From IMG/VR virus record IMGVR_UViG_2731957969_000006: a stretch of 24,338 bases of DNA; one strand, 5' to 3'. A model generated the notes under the pieces. That model had not been told where the DNA came from. It saw only the letters and a program-made list of their open reading frames with translations, and searched no databases. This DNA is from an uncultured virus (IMG/VR IMGVR_UViG_2731957969_000006) (taxonomy: Duplodnaviria; Heunggongvirae; Uroviricota; Caudoviricetes). This document shows, one piece after another, positions 9,202 through 18,467 of the stretch (positions are counted from its first letter, which is position 1; each line of letters begins with the position of its first letter). The position numbers and the translations under genes are program-made.

Positions 9202-12200
9202 ATGGGTAAAGGTGGTGGCGGTCAAAGAACACCGTATGAGGCACCAAACGATTTAACATCACGTCAAAAAGCCTCATTAATTGATTTAATCAGTGAGGGG
9301 CCGATTGAAGGCCCTATTCATATTCAAGGCTCGATGGATGATTTAGGGTGTATTTATTTGGATGATACGCCGGTGATTGATGGATCTGGCAATAGCACCA
9401 TTAATGGAATGTATGCACAATGGCGGGCGGGTACCTTAGAGCAACCGGCAATGAGTGGTTTTACCGCGTCTGCGAATGAAGTGCCAGTGGGGATTGAGGT
9501 TAAATATAATTCCCCTGTCACTCGCACTATCACCGCGCCCAATATTGACCGCTTACGCCTAACCTTTGGTACGCAATCACTGGTTGAAACTAAAGATAAT
9601 GGTGATCGAGTACCTACATCTGTTCAATTACAGATCCAAATCCAGCGCAATGAGGTATGGATAACAGAGAAAAACGTCACGATTAAGGGTAAACGCTCTA
9701 ACTCTCCGTACTTGATGGCGGTTATTTTAGATGATTTGCCCCCAGTTCCGTTCAGTGTGCGCATGATCCGTATCACTCAAGACAGCACTTCTGACAAAAT
9801 TCAAAATAATACCGTTTGGTCGAGTTATTCTGAGTTAGTGGATATTTCACAAACCTATCCGGGTTCTGCTGTTGCAGGATTAATGTTTGATAGTGAGCAG
9901 TTTGGCAATAAATTTCCGCGCCGTAATTATTTAATTAAAGGGCGTATTATTCAGGTGCCGAGTAATTATGATCCAGATAAACGAATTTATTCTGGGATTT
10001 GGGACGGTACCTTTAAACCGGCATTTACCAATAATCCAGCATGGGTATTATGGGATTTGTTAACTCATCCTCGTTATGGCATGGGGAAACGCCTCAATAT
10101 TAGTGAGGTTGATAAATTCGCCTTATATGCGATAGGACGTTATTGTGATGAACAGGTTGATGATGGTTTTGGAGGAAAAGAGCCACGTATAACCTGTAAT
10201 GCTTACATTACGGATATGCGTAAAGCCTATGATGTGATGGCAGATATGTGTGCCATGATGCGCATTATGCCAGTCTGGAACGGACGAACATTAACCTTTA
10301 TTCAAGACAGACCGTCTGATGTAGTATGGCCTTATACTAATGCCAACGTAATTGATGGCAACTTCCAATACAGCTTTAGCGCATTAAAATCGCGTCACAC
10401 CGCCGTCGAAGTTCGTTTTATTGATCCAAACAATGGTTGGAAAACCAGTGTTGAGCTAGTTGAAGATGATGCTAGCATAGCGCGCTTTGGACGCAATGTG
10501 ATGCGCGTCGATGCATTTGGTTGTACTAGCAGAGGTCAGGCTCATCGTCATGGTCTTTGGTTATTAACTACTGAGAAATTAGAAACTCAAACGGTTGAAT
10601 TTAATATCGGTAGTGAGGGGCTACGTCATATGCCGGGTGATATTATCGAAATTGCTGATAATTATTACGCGGATAATCAAATTGGTGGACGTCTAACACA
10701 TATTGATTATGCCTCTCAAACATTAACCTTAGATCGCAATATCGACACACCCAAAAGTGGTAAATCAAGCGTCACACTCATCAATGCTCAAGGTGATCCG
10801 CAATCTTATGAGGTGGTGAGCTATCCCGCATCTAATCAAATAAAGCTGGATATTTTGCCGTTAGGGTTACAAGAAGGCGGAATTTGGACATTAACACTTC
10901 CGTCTTTACGTCGGCGATTATTTCGAGCCATCAGCTTGACTGATAACGGAGATGGCAGCTTTACGGTTATTGCAGTGCAACACACGCCCGAAAAAGAGGC
11001 CGTTGTTGATAAAGGGGCTAAATTTGAGCCAAAACCGGATACGCCACTAGGTGGATTTATTCCACCGGTTGAAAACCTTTCTGTGGATATCGAATCAGAT
11101 ACAAGTGCATGGCAAGTAGAAGCCAGTTGGAATACACCTTATTCCAGTCGAGGGGTAGATTTTTTATTAAAACTAACCACTGGTGATCGCATTGTCGGCA
11201 CCGCCTCAACCACGGATACGATATATCGTTTTGGTGGTTTGCCTCAGGGGAATTATGTTTTATCCGTCCTGCCTCAAAATGATCGGAAACAAAAAGGCGA
11301 GGTGGCTACAACTTCATTTGCGATTAATCCACCATTACCACCCAGTTATATTGAGGTTGAGTCGGGCTATTTTAGTTTAGGGATTATTCCGCGATCTGGT
11401 GGTCAAAATAGCTTACGAGCACAGTATGAGTTTTGGTTTTCAGAAAAACAGATCACGGATATTCGTGATGTGGAAAATCGTGCTGAGTATTTAGGTATTA
11501 GCTCTATGTGGGTTATACAAGGACGTAACCTAAAGGCAGGACATACCTATTATATTTATGTTCGCAGTATAAACGCTGTAGGGTATTCAGAATTTGTTGA
11601 AGGAATAGGGCAACCAGAAAGCCACACTAGCGAAATACTAGATAATTTAGATAAAGAATTACAGGAAACGCAAGCATGGCAGAAGCTTAATGAAAAAGTT
11701 GAATGGAATGAAAATACAATAAAAAGGGTAGGTTATAATGAATATAATTTATCTCAAAAGTTTGAAAAATACAGTAAACAGACAGAGAAAACGATTAATG
11801 AGATCCGAACTCAGATAGAAAATACGGAAGCTGATATTATTACTCAAAAGGAAGCAATTTCTTCTATCAAACAAGCTCAATCAAGTTATCAACAACAAGT
11901 CCAAGCTAAAATTAATCAGCAGTCAGGTATTCTCAATCAAAAGATGAATGCACAATTTACACAATCAGGAGGATATGCTCGACATTCAATAAATATTACT
12001 ATCGTCCATAATGGAATTAGATATAATGCAGCTGGTTTTATTGTTAGTGCCGAAATCAAAAATAAAAAAATAAACTCTTATATTGGATTTAATGCCAATA
12101 ACTTTGCATTTTATAATCCCAAAAATAACCGAATGGAACTGTTTATGTCTGCTAAAAACGGACAATTTTTTATTCGAGAAGCATTAATTGATAAAGCTAT

Positions 12201-12405
12201 GATCAGAAAAATCGCGTTATCAGAGGCTATTACTTCCAATAATTATTCTCCCGAAAAGTCAGGTTTTATTCTTGATGTGAAAAATAACAAATTAGAAATA
12301 TATGGTGGTAATGGAGGAACAACATTAACCAATCAAAATTTATATGTAAAAGACGAAACTGGGTATAATGTTGTTATTATTGGTGATATCACAAATGAGC
12401 GATAA
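9202..12405 (+). CDS. J: Central tail fibre / host specificity protein J
   Basis: 1067 aa; MGKGGG..DLISEGPIEG, WDGTFKPAFTNNPAW, AFGCTSRGQAHRHGLW, then FN3-like and coiled-coil C-terminal regions. Confidence 0.95.
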   Translation: MGKGGGGQRTPYEAPNDLTSRQKASLIDLISEGPIEGPIHIQGSMDDLGCIYLDDTPVIDGSGNSTINGMYAQWRAGTLEQPAMSGFTASANEVPVGIEVKYNSPVTRTITAPNIDRLRLTFGTQSLVETKDNGDRVPTSVQLQIQIQRNEVWITEKNVTIKGKRSNSPYLMAVILDDLPPVPFSVRMIRITQDSTSDKIQNNTVWSSYSELVDISQTYPGSAVAGLMFDSEQFGNKFPRRNYLIKGRIIQVPSNYDPDKRIYSGIWDGTFKPAFTNNPAWVLWDLLTHPRYGMGKRLNISEVDKFALYAIGRYCDEQVDDGFGGKEPRITCNAYITDMRKAYDVMADMCAMMRIMPVWNGRTLTFIQDRPSDVVWPYTNANVIDGNFQYSFSALKSRHTAVEVRFIDPNNGWKTSVELVEDDASIARFGRNVMRVDAFGCTSRGQAHRHGLWLLTTEKLETQTVEFNIGSEGLRHMPGDIIEIADNYYADNQIGGRLTHIDYASQTLTLDRNIDTPKSGKSSVTLINAQGDPQSYEVVSYPASNQIKLDILPLGLQEGGIWTLTLPSLRRRLFRAISLTDNGDGSFTVIAVQHTPEKEAVVDKGAKFEPKPDTPLGGFIPPVENLSVDIESDTSAWQVEASWNTPYSSRGVDFLLKLTTGDRIVGTASTTDTIYRFGGLPQGNYVLSVLPQNDRKQKGEVATTSFAINPPLPPSYIEVESGYFSLGIIPRSGGQNSLRAQYEFWFSEKQITDIRDVENRAEYLGISSMWVIQGRNLKAGHTYYIYVRSINAVGYSEFVEGIGQPESHTSEILDNLDKELQETQAWQKLNEKVEWNENTIKRVGYNEYNLSQKFEKYSKQTEKTINEIRTQIENTEADIITQKEAISSIKQAQSSYQQQVQAKINQQSGILNQKMNAQFTQSGGYARHSINITIVHNGIRYNAAGFIVSAEIKNKKINSYIGFNANNFAFYNPKNNRMELFMSAKNGQFFIREALIDKAMIRKIALSEAITSNNYSPEKSGFILDVKNNKLEIYGGNGGTTLTNQNLYVKDETGYNVVIIGDITNER

Positions 12406-12727
12406 TTATGGCATGGTAATCAAATCTAAAAAATATGGAATTAATTTATTAAATACATCCGATAGAGTCGGCCGAATTGTTGGTTGGCATGATATTACTC
12501 CTATACCACTTATAACTAAAAAAACCTTTAGTTATGACTATTCTGATCTAAATAAATATGGAGAAGTATTTGCTTGGTTTGGGACTTCCTTTATGAGAGG
12601 GTTAGCCGGAGATGTTACTTTAAATATTAATAAAGGGGTAATTATTCTTGAACTCGATAATGTTTATAGAAATGGCTTAATCGATATATATGACGACATC
12701 ATTAGGTTATATTATGGAGTATATTGA
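12395..12727 (+). CDS. Hypothetical tail-tip accessory protein
   Basis: 110 aa from ATG 12395, overlapping the J end. The YG start motif and position between J and cor resemble phi80/T1-like phages. Confidence 0.6.
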   Translation: MSDNYGMVIKSKKYGINLLNTSDRVGRIVGWHDITPIPLITKKTFSYDYSDLNKYGEVFAWFGTSFMRGLAGDVTLNINKGVIILELDNVYRNGLIDIYDDIIRLYYGVY

Positions 12728-13413
12728 TGGGTAAATATGGCATTATTATAAAAGGAAAGGATCGCCATGTTCAAATAGATAGTTTTAATACGGTTATGAA
12801 CTGTATTAGAAAGCAGACTGTTGTAATGAAAGGTGGGATAGTATCTGGAAATCAAGGATATTATACTGAATTACCGATCACCCCACATTCATCTACAAAG
12901 TTATTTGCTGTATCACCTAACAATGTTTTTGTTAAAGTTATTGGGGGAGCCATAAAAGGAAGTGACAAAAATATTCAGCTATCCCAACCTTATGATGACT
13001 CTTCGGGTAGTGTTGATGTGTTTGAATTTGGTGATTTTCCGAATAATATTTTTAAAGAAAAATATGGAGTCGTTATAAAAAATAGTAGTACAAAACAGAC
13101 TGTTTATAACTCTAATTGGGGGGTGTTAAAAATAGTAGGATATTTTATTGCATCATGGAAAGAAGATATTGATTATCAATTACCAAATATAAAAGATTTA
13201 GCTTTCGTTTTTGGTGGCGGAATGGGAGGAATATGGGAGGATGGATTTGAAGGGGCTTGGATGGATACTTTTATTAAAAGAGTGGGAAATACGTTACAAG
13301 TAAGATATAAAGAAGCTGTTCTTTGGAGCACAGGCAGTGCAAATCGTGATTTATCTAGATTTCCATCTACTTGCTTAATAATAGATGTGAGCGATATTAA
13401 GAAGGTATTATGA
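12727..13413 (+). CDS. Hypothetical tail-tip accessory protein
   Basis: 228 aa, TGATG translational coupling, internal repeat of the motif (KYGIIIK / KYGVVIK). Confidence 0.65.
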   Translation: MGKYGIIIKGKDRHVQIDSFNTVMNCIRKQTVVMKGGIVSGNQGYYTELPITPHSSTKLFAVSPNNVFVKVIGGAIKGSDKNIQLSQPYDDSSGSVDVFEFGDFPNNIFKEKYGVVIKNSSTKQTVYNSNWGVLKIVGYFIASWKEDIDYQLPNIKDLAFVFGGGMGGIWEDGFEGAWMDTFIKRVGNTLQVRYKEAVLWSTGSANRDLSRFPSTCLIIDVSDIKKVL

Positions 13414-13676
13414 AAAAAATAATTTTATTATCTATTGCGGTATTTATTTCAGGCTGTGCTGATAGAAAACCTATAAATTATCAGACAGTGGAGTGTGTTG
13501 GTTTAATTAAAATTCAGACTATTGAAAAATATCAGAGTTTTAAATTAAGTCGCTATAATAATGATAATAATATGTATTTTGGATACGGTAAAGCAGGTTT
13601 ATGGCAAGGCGGTTGGGTTAGCCCTGATATGTTTGACAAAATATATTGCAAAGATAATTCACCTATAAAAAAATAA
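13410..13676 (+). CDS. cor: Cor-like superinfection-exclusion lipoprotein
   Basis: Lipobox ISGC, two more Cys, and C-terminal GWVSPDMFDKIYC resembling the Cor WV..F..C pattern. Synteny is J-ORF-ORF-cor-fibre. Confidence 0.6.
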   Translation: MKKIILLSIAVFISGCADRKPINYQTVECVGLIKIQTIEKYQSFKLSRYNNDNNMYFGYGKAGLWQGGWVSPDMFDKIYCKDNSPIKK

Positions 13677-13692
13677 ATTTAGGAAATAAATC

Positions 13693-14506
13693 ATGATATA
13701 CACAACAGGCACTGTTAGCACAGTGTCAGGGTCTGCTATTGTCTCTGGCACAGGTACCAAATGGACAGTTAATAATCCTGCTATTCGCTCAGGCGCCATT
13801 ATTTTAATTAAAAATGCTAATTTTATTTATATGGTGGATAGAGTTAATAGCGATACAGAATTAGTCATTTCACAGCCAGCTACATTTACCGTAAAAAACA
13901 CCAGTTACAGTATTAATCTCACTGAGCTGAACTCATACAGCGATGCTAATAATCGTATGACCGCTATTGCATCAGATACGACGTATTAGATTTAGTCTAT
14001 CAAATAACGTTGTTGATACAGAAACGCCTTGGCGAACTTTGTGGAGCTCAAATAATACAACGGTAGACAGTAACGGCTTTATCAAAAGAGCATCTCCAAT
14101 CATAGACATCAACCCCGACGGCACATTCACCACTAACGACGAATCAGAAGGTGCTACAGTTACTCGAGTAGAATAGGGTGAATATCTTATTGAAGGTGTG
14201 CTCGGCTTTAACTCAGATGTAGGATGAGGTGGTGTTGATGGTGGTGTTGAAATTCTACTCGATATTAATAAACAGTTGTTGATATGGGTAGACTCTGAAG
14301 TTATGGAGGACGGTTCTATCCTCGTGAGAACGTATCATCGAACTCACCCTAACGCACCTAAATTCACCCGTAATGATATTGACGGCTATAATGACAGCGA
14401 CCCAATTGATATCCCTTGTGGTCGTTTCATTTCCGTTCGTGTACAGATGCCAGACCAATCAATCTATAACGTGAGAATGCGTGAGATGGAAGAAGCGCGC
14501 AGATAA
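13693..14506 (+). pseudogene. Side tail fibre pseudogene (internal deletion plus nonsense codons)
   Basis: The N-terminus MIYTTGTVS..VSGTGTKW is fused out of frame at about 13985 to the C-terminal domain TTVDSNGFIKRASPII..PIDIPCGRFISVRVQMP. In-frame stops at 14174 (TAG) and 14225 (TGA). Confidence 0.85.
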
Positions 14507-14600
14507 AAAGAGAGTGAGGTGAAAGAGTAATTCAGGTTGGGTGAAAATGATGTATTATTTTAATAATCAGTTCTGCTTACTCAGAAGAGAGCTACTACTG

Positions 14601-14630
14601 TTGTAGTACAAGTTGTATATGAGCTATAGT
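14601..14630 (+). promoter_or_regulatory. Candidate sigma70 promoter for the RT locus
   Basis: TTGTAG-N18-TATAGT, overlapped by the inverted repeat TACTAC-N4-GTAGTA (14593-14608). Confidence 0.35.
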
Positions 14631-14845
14631 CCGCTTAGTGTCGTGAGTGGACACCTGAGCTGAATCTGATCACTCTGAGCGGTATGACTAAAGGTTGTTG
14701 GTGGCCAAAAAGCATTAACGACATAGGGGGAAAGGAAAGTTTGTTTTCTTATTTCTGACTGAAATCAGTCTGTGGCGGAGATACGATTGCTTACAACGAT
14801 GTAAAAAGTTATAAAAGCATAAAGGATAGTACTGTGAGGGATTTT

Positions 14846-16121
14846 ATGAACCGACAGGCATTTACTTCATTTGCACTTAAACGTAACTTGAGTGAAAGTG
14901 AGAAAAGTTTTTATTTTAATAAAACAATGTGGATAAATTAGAATCATTAATCAATGATGCTGTTTTAATTGCCTGCGAAAATTTTCGCTCTGGAGTAACT
15001 GTAAAGAAAATAAACATCAATGGGCGTTGTGTTTATAACGCATCTTGTTTAAAAGAAAAACTAATACTTAGACACTGTAATGCAAACTTAAAATGTCTGG
15101 AGTCGCTTCTCCCTAAGCAAAGAAATAAAATAATTGATGAGCTAAAGATTTATCTCAAAGAAGGTACACAATTCCGAGTGTACCGTTTAGATATAAAATC
15201 TTTTTTTGAATCTATCGATTTGCTTCAGCTCTTTCAATATTTGCAAGATGAACAACGTTTGTCCAGACATACAAAAAATTTGATAGAATGGTATCTTAAA
15301 GCTTGTGAAAGAATCCATTCATCAAAAGGTTTACCAAGAGGACTGGAGATTAGTCCTATGTTATCTGAGCTATACTTGGCAACATTTGATAGTAGTATTC
15401 ATCGACATTCTGATGTATTTTATTATTCTCGCTTTGTAGATGATATGGTGATTATTTCAAGTGGAGATGAATGCCCATCGTCTTTTATGAAACAAATACA
15501 AAAATTGTTACCCGAAGGATTAAGTTTAAATAAAAATAAGTTGAAGATATCCTCACTTATCCGCAAGAGAAGCAAGGGAAGGGAAGGCCAAGATAAACTA
15601 CTCCATAAGTTCGATTTTTTAGGTTATTCTTTTTCTATAATAGATTCGCCTTTAAATAACAATAATGCTACTTTTAGTGTATATAGAAAAGTAACTGTAG
15701 ATTTATCTCATAGTCGCATAAAAAAATCAAAACTAGAATAGCAAGAGCTTTCTACTCCTACTATACCACTGGTGATTTTAAATTATTATTAGATAGGATT
15801 TCTTTTTTAACAAGTAATAGGGATTTAAATAGAAAGATCAGATCGTTAAGTTCGTTAGAGAAAAGTAAGATTAGTACCGGAATTTATTATAGTAATGCAA
15901 GATTAGATGTGAACTCTATAACCTTAAAGCAACTAGATGATTTTTTATTATATTGTGTTAAATCAAATAATGGGCGTTTACATAGTATTGCGAAACATTC
16001 TTTCAATGTAAATCAAAGAAAGGAGTTATTACGCAATAGTTTTAGAAAAGGTTTTGTTGATAGAGTTTATAGAAAGTATAGTTTCAAACGTTACACTGAG
16101 ATCACAAAAATATGGCTATAA
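14846..16121 (+). CDS. drt3a: Anti-phage reverse transcriptase Drt3a (UG3); two apparent 1-nt deletions (A4 14921-14924, A7 15720-15726)
   Basis: RBS GAGGG then ATG 14846 (MNRQAFTSFALKRNLSESEK). RT motifs LDIKSFFESI, GLPRGLEISPMLSELYL, FVDD (15433-15444) and FDFLGY. Adding one A in each run gives a continuous 425-aa ORF ending ITKIWL and overlapping the next start. Confidence 0.88.
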
Positions 16122-18130
16122 AGAAGAATGTAAAACTTGATAAGAAAGATTATCTAAGGGCTTTACTATGTGATACACAGCCAGGTGACTGTCCCATCAT
16201 CTTTTCAAATGATGGGTTATATTTGAATCTGACCAAGTTTGAAAGTCATTATAAGGAGGTTTCGCTTTTCACTCCTCTTTCTTCGTTCGTAAAGAAAATT
16301 ATTAACCCTGCTTTGGATTTGTCTCTAAACATAGAGTTTAGAGAAAAGGAAAAGAAAAAACAAAGTACTCCGTTTGGCTATTGCATTGTCAAGGATGCTT
16401 TTAGTTTAAGATATCTTTCTTTGATTCACCCGAGGTCTCAGATTAATTATTGTGAGTTTTATAAAAATTACTCAACTGTTATAACATTAAATTCGTCAAA
16501 AAGTAATTATTCTATAAGATATCCTCGAAAGGTCGCAAATTCATTCTTCTTATATGAAAATAATGCCTCAGAAAAATATAAAGGAGAGGATATTGAGACT
16601 ACAGGAGATGAATTAATGAGAAAGTATTCATCCTCTTATTTTTCTTATGGCGGATTTAATAGGATATATAAGTTATTTCAAAGTAAAATGTTTTTTGAGC
16701 TTGAAAAAAGATTCTCAACAATGTGGATGTTAGATGTATCACATTGTTTTGATAGTATATATACTCATTCTATTTCATGGGCTTTGAAAAATAAGTCTTA
16801 TATCAAAAAACATGTGAAATATAGTAATCAATTTGGTCAAGAACTAGATACGTTGATGCAACGTAGTAATAATAATGAAACAAATGGTATACCTATAGGT
16901 TCAGAATTTAGTAGGGTTTTTGCAGAGTTAATATTTCAGCGTATCGATTGCAATATTGAGTCAAGTCTTCTTGATGAATACGGGTGGATAAATCACAAGG
17001 ATTATGTGATATTAAGGTATGTAGATGATTTTATAGTGTTTTGCAACAATGAAGAAAATGCTGAACTTATCACTAAAACCATTAACGTGAAGCTAAATGA
17101 ATTTAATCTTCAATTAAACATCAATAAACTTAAAAAATATTCTAGACCATTCTGTACTAGTAAGACAGGATTGATTATTAAAGTTAACGAACAGGTACGG
17201 AATCTTGAACGTAAACTATATGAAAGGATTGATGGTAACATTTATCTAAATAAGATCAGAAGCCAGCATGATTTAAAAATTAACATGATAAATAATATCA
17301 AGTCTATATGTATTGATAACAAAGTTTCTTACACAGATGTTTCCTCATACTTAATATCTTCATTATCAAAAAGGTTAATATCAATTATTAATTTCTTTCC
17401 GATGGAAAAGATTAAAGGTGAAGTTAAAATAATTAAGAATATTAAAGATATTATATTTTCAGTGACTGATATAATGTTGTTTTTCTTCAGCGTTAATCCA
17501 ACAGTATCATCTTCATATAAATTATCAAAAACAATGGTTGTTGTTAATGATTATTTGAAGACAGTTTCGAGTGATTATAGTAGTATTTTTATGACAACAT
17601 TAATAAATACTGCTGAAAATATAAATTTCGGTGAAAATGATAATGGTCTTTTTATTGATGAATTTATTTCCATAGAGAAAGTTAATTTGATTTTAGCTGC
17701 TACTTTTTTTGGAGATAATTATCTTGCAAGCGCTTCTTTCTTTAATGGTATTATGCATAAAAAGAAACTAGATTACTTTACAATAGTCTCATTGTTATTC
17801 TATTTTAGAAATAGAAAACCCTATCAAGAACTTAAACGTATTGTTGAGATTAGAATTAAAGATTTGCTATGTCCTGGTATGGATTTATTACAGTCATCGG
17901 AAAAGGCACATTTATTTTTGGATGTTATGTCTTGCCCATTTGTTTCAATTGAGACAAGACGATTTTTATACAGAAAATATCTCAAAAAATATGAGCAAAA
18001 TATAAATAGAACCCATTCGGATATTGAGAGTGACCTGCAATTTATGCTCAAAATTTATTGGTTTGTCAAGTGGGATGAGTTAGATCTTGTAAAGATGATT
18101 GAGAAAAAAGAATTGAAAGAAAGTTATTAA
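16112..18130 (+). CDS. drt3b: Anti-phage reverse transcriptase Drt3b (UG8)
   Basis: Intact 672 aa. LDVSHCFDSIYTHS, GIPIGSEFSRVFAE and YVDD (17018-17029), with a long helical C-terminus ending WFVKW. In tandem with another RT. Confidence 0.9.
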   Translation: MAIKKNVKLDKKDYLRALLCDTQPGDCPIIFSNDGLYLNLTKFESHYKEVSLFTPLSSFVKKIINPALDLSLNIEFREKEKKKQSTPFGYCIVKDAFSLRYLSLIHPRSQINYCEFYKNYSTVITLNSSKSNYSIRYPRKVANSFFLYENNASEKYKGEDIETTGDELMRKYSSSYFSYGGFNRIYKLFQSKMFFELEKRFSTMWMLDVSHCFDSIYTHSISWALKNKSYIKKHVKYSNQFGQELDTLMQRSNNNETNGIPIGSEFSRVFAELIFQRIDCNIESSLLDEYGWINHKDYVILRYVDDFIVFCNNEENAELITKTINVKLNEFNLQLNINKLKKYSRPFCTSKTGLIIKVNEQVRNLERKLYERIDGNIYLNKIRSQHDLKINMINNIKSICIDNKVSYTDVSSYLISSLSKRLISIINFFPMEKIKGEVKIIKNIKDIIFSVTDIMLFFFSVNPTVSSSYKLSKTMVVVNDYLKTVSSDYSSIFMTTLINTAENINFGENDNGLFIDEFISIEKVNLILAATFFGDNYLASASFFNGIMHKKKLDYFTIVSLLFYFRNRKPYQELKRIVEIRIKDLLCPGMDLLQSSEKAHLFLDVMSCPFVSIETRRFLYRKYLKKYEQNINRTHSDIESDLQFMLKIYWFVKWDELDLVKMIEKKELKESY

Positions 18131-18131
18131 T

Positions 18132-18392
18132 CTGATAAAAATATATTGTGGTTAGTTTCAAAATACTTACGTTATTATTGTTGATATATTTTTGTTGGCA
18201 ATAATACGATTTCGCTGGATCTGAAATCGGCTTAATTGCTTAAACTTAAGCTAATAAAGTTGCTTAAGATCCGATTCTGTTAAGCAGGAGAGGGCGTTCA
18301 GGTTCAGTTGAGAGCACTTTTATAGCTTAATAAAAACAGCTTGTGGTGCTTACACACCTGATGTTGAGAAACTAGCCACACTACTCTCATGC
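18132..18392 (+). ncRNA. Putative DRT3 structured ncRNA with ACACAC motif (ends approximate)
   Basis: Non-coding, with multiple stems containing G-U pairs that work only on the + strand. ACACAC at 18352-18357. Position matches the ncRNA described downstream of UG8. Confidence 0.75.
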
Positions 18393-18467
18393 TTCCCATC
18401 CTTTAAGAAGTATAAATGAAGCTAAATTGTGGGTATGTATAGGGATATATATTTTAAATAAGTTATT

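Noticed and set aside
3210..11380. Short nested ORFs (3210, 5213, 5815, 9006, 9354, 11183)
   Set aside because: They lie inside H, I or J and show no recognisable motifs.
13693..16121. Diversity-generating retroelement (RT next to a tail fibre gene)
   Set aside because: I saw no TR/VR repeat pair differing at adenines and no avd-like gene. The tandem two-RT layout fits DRT3.
14929..16121. Separate 270-aa and 70-aa genes
   Set aside because: They are fragments of one RT. The intervening sequence is open in the shifted frame.
14255..18051. Antisense ORFs 14255-14458 and 17824-18051
   Set aside because: They are reverse-strand shadows of the fibre remnant and drt3b.
14600..18130. Retron or group II intron
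   Set aside because: No retron VTG motif, no clear long a1/a2 repeats bracketing an msr-msd, and no maturase/HNH domain or intron domain V was recognised.
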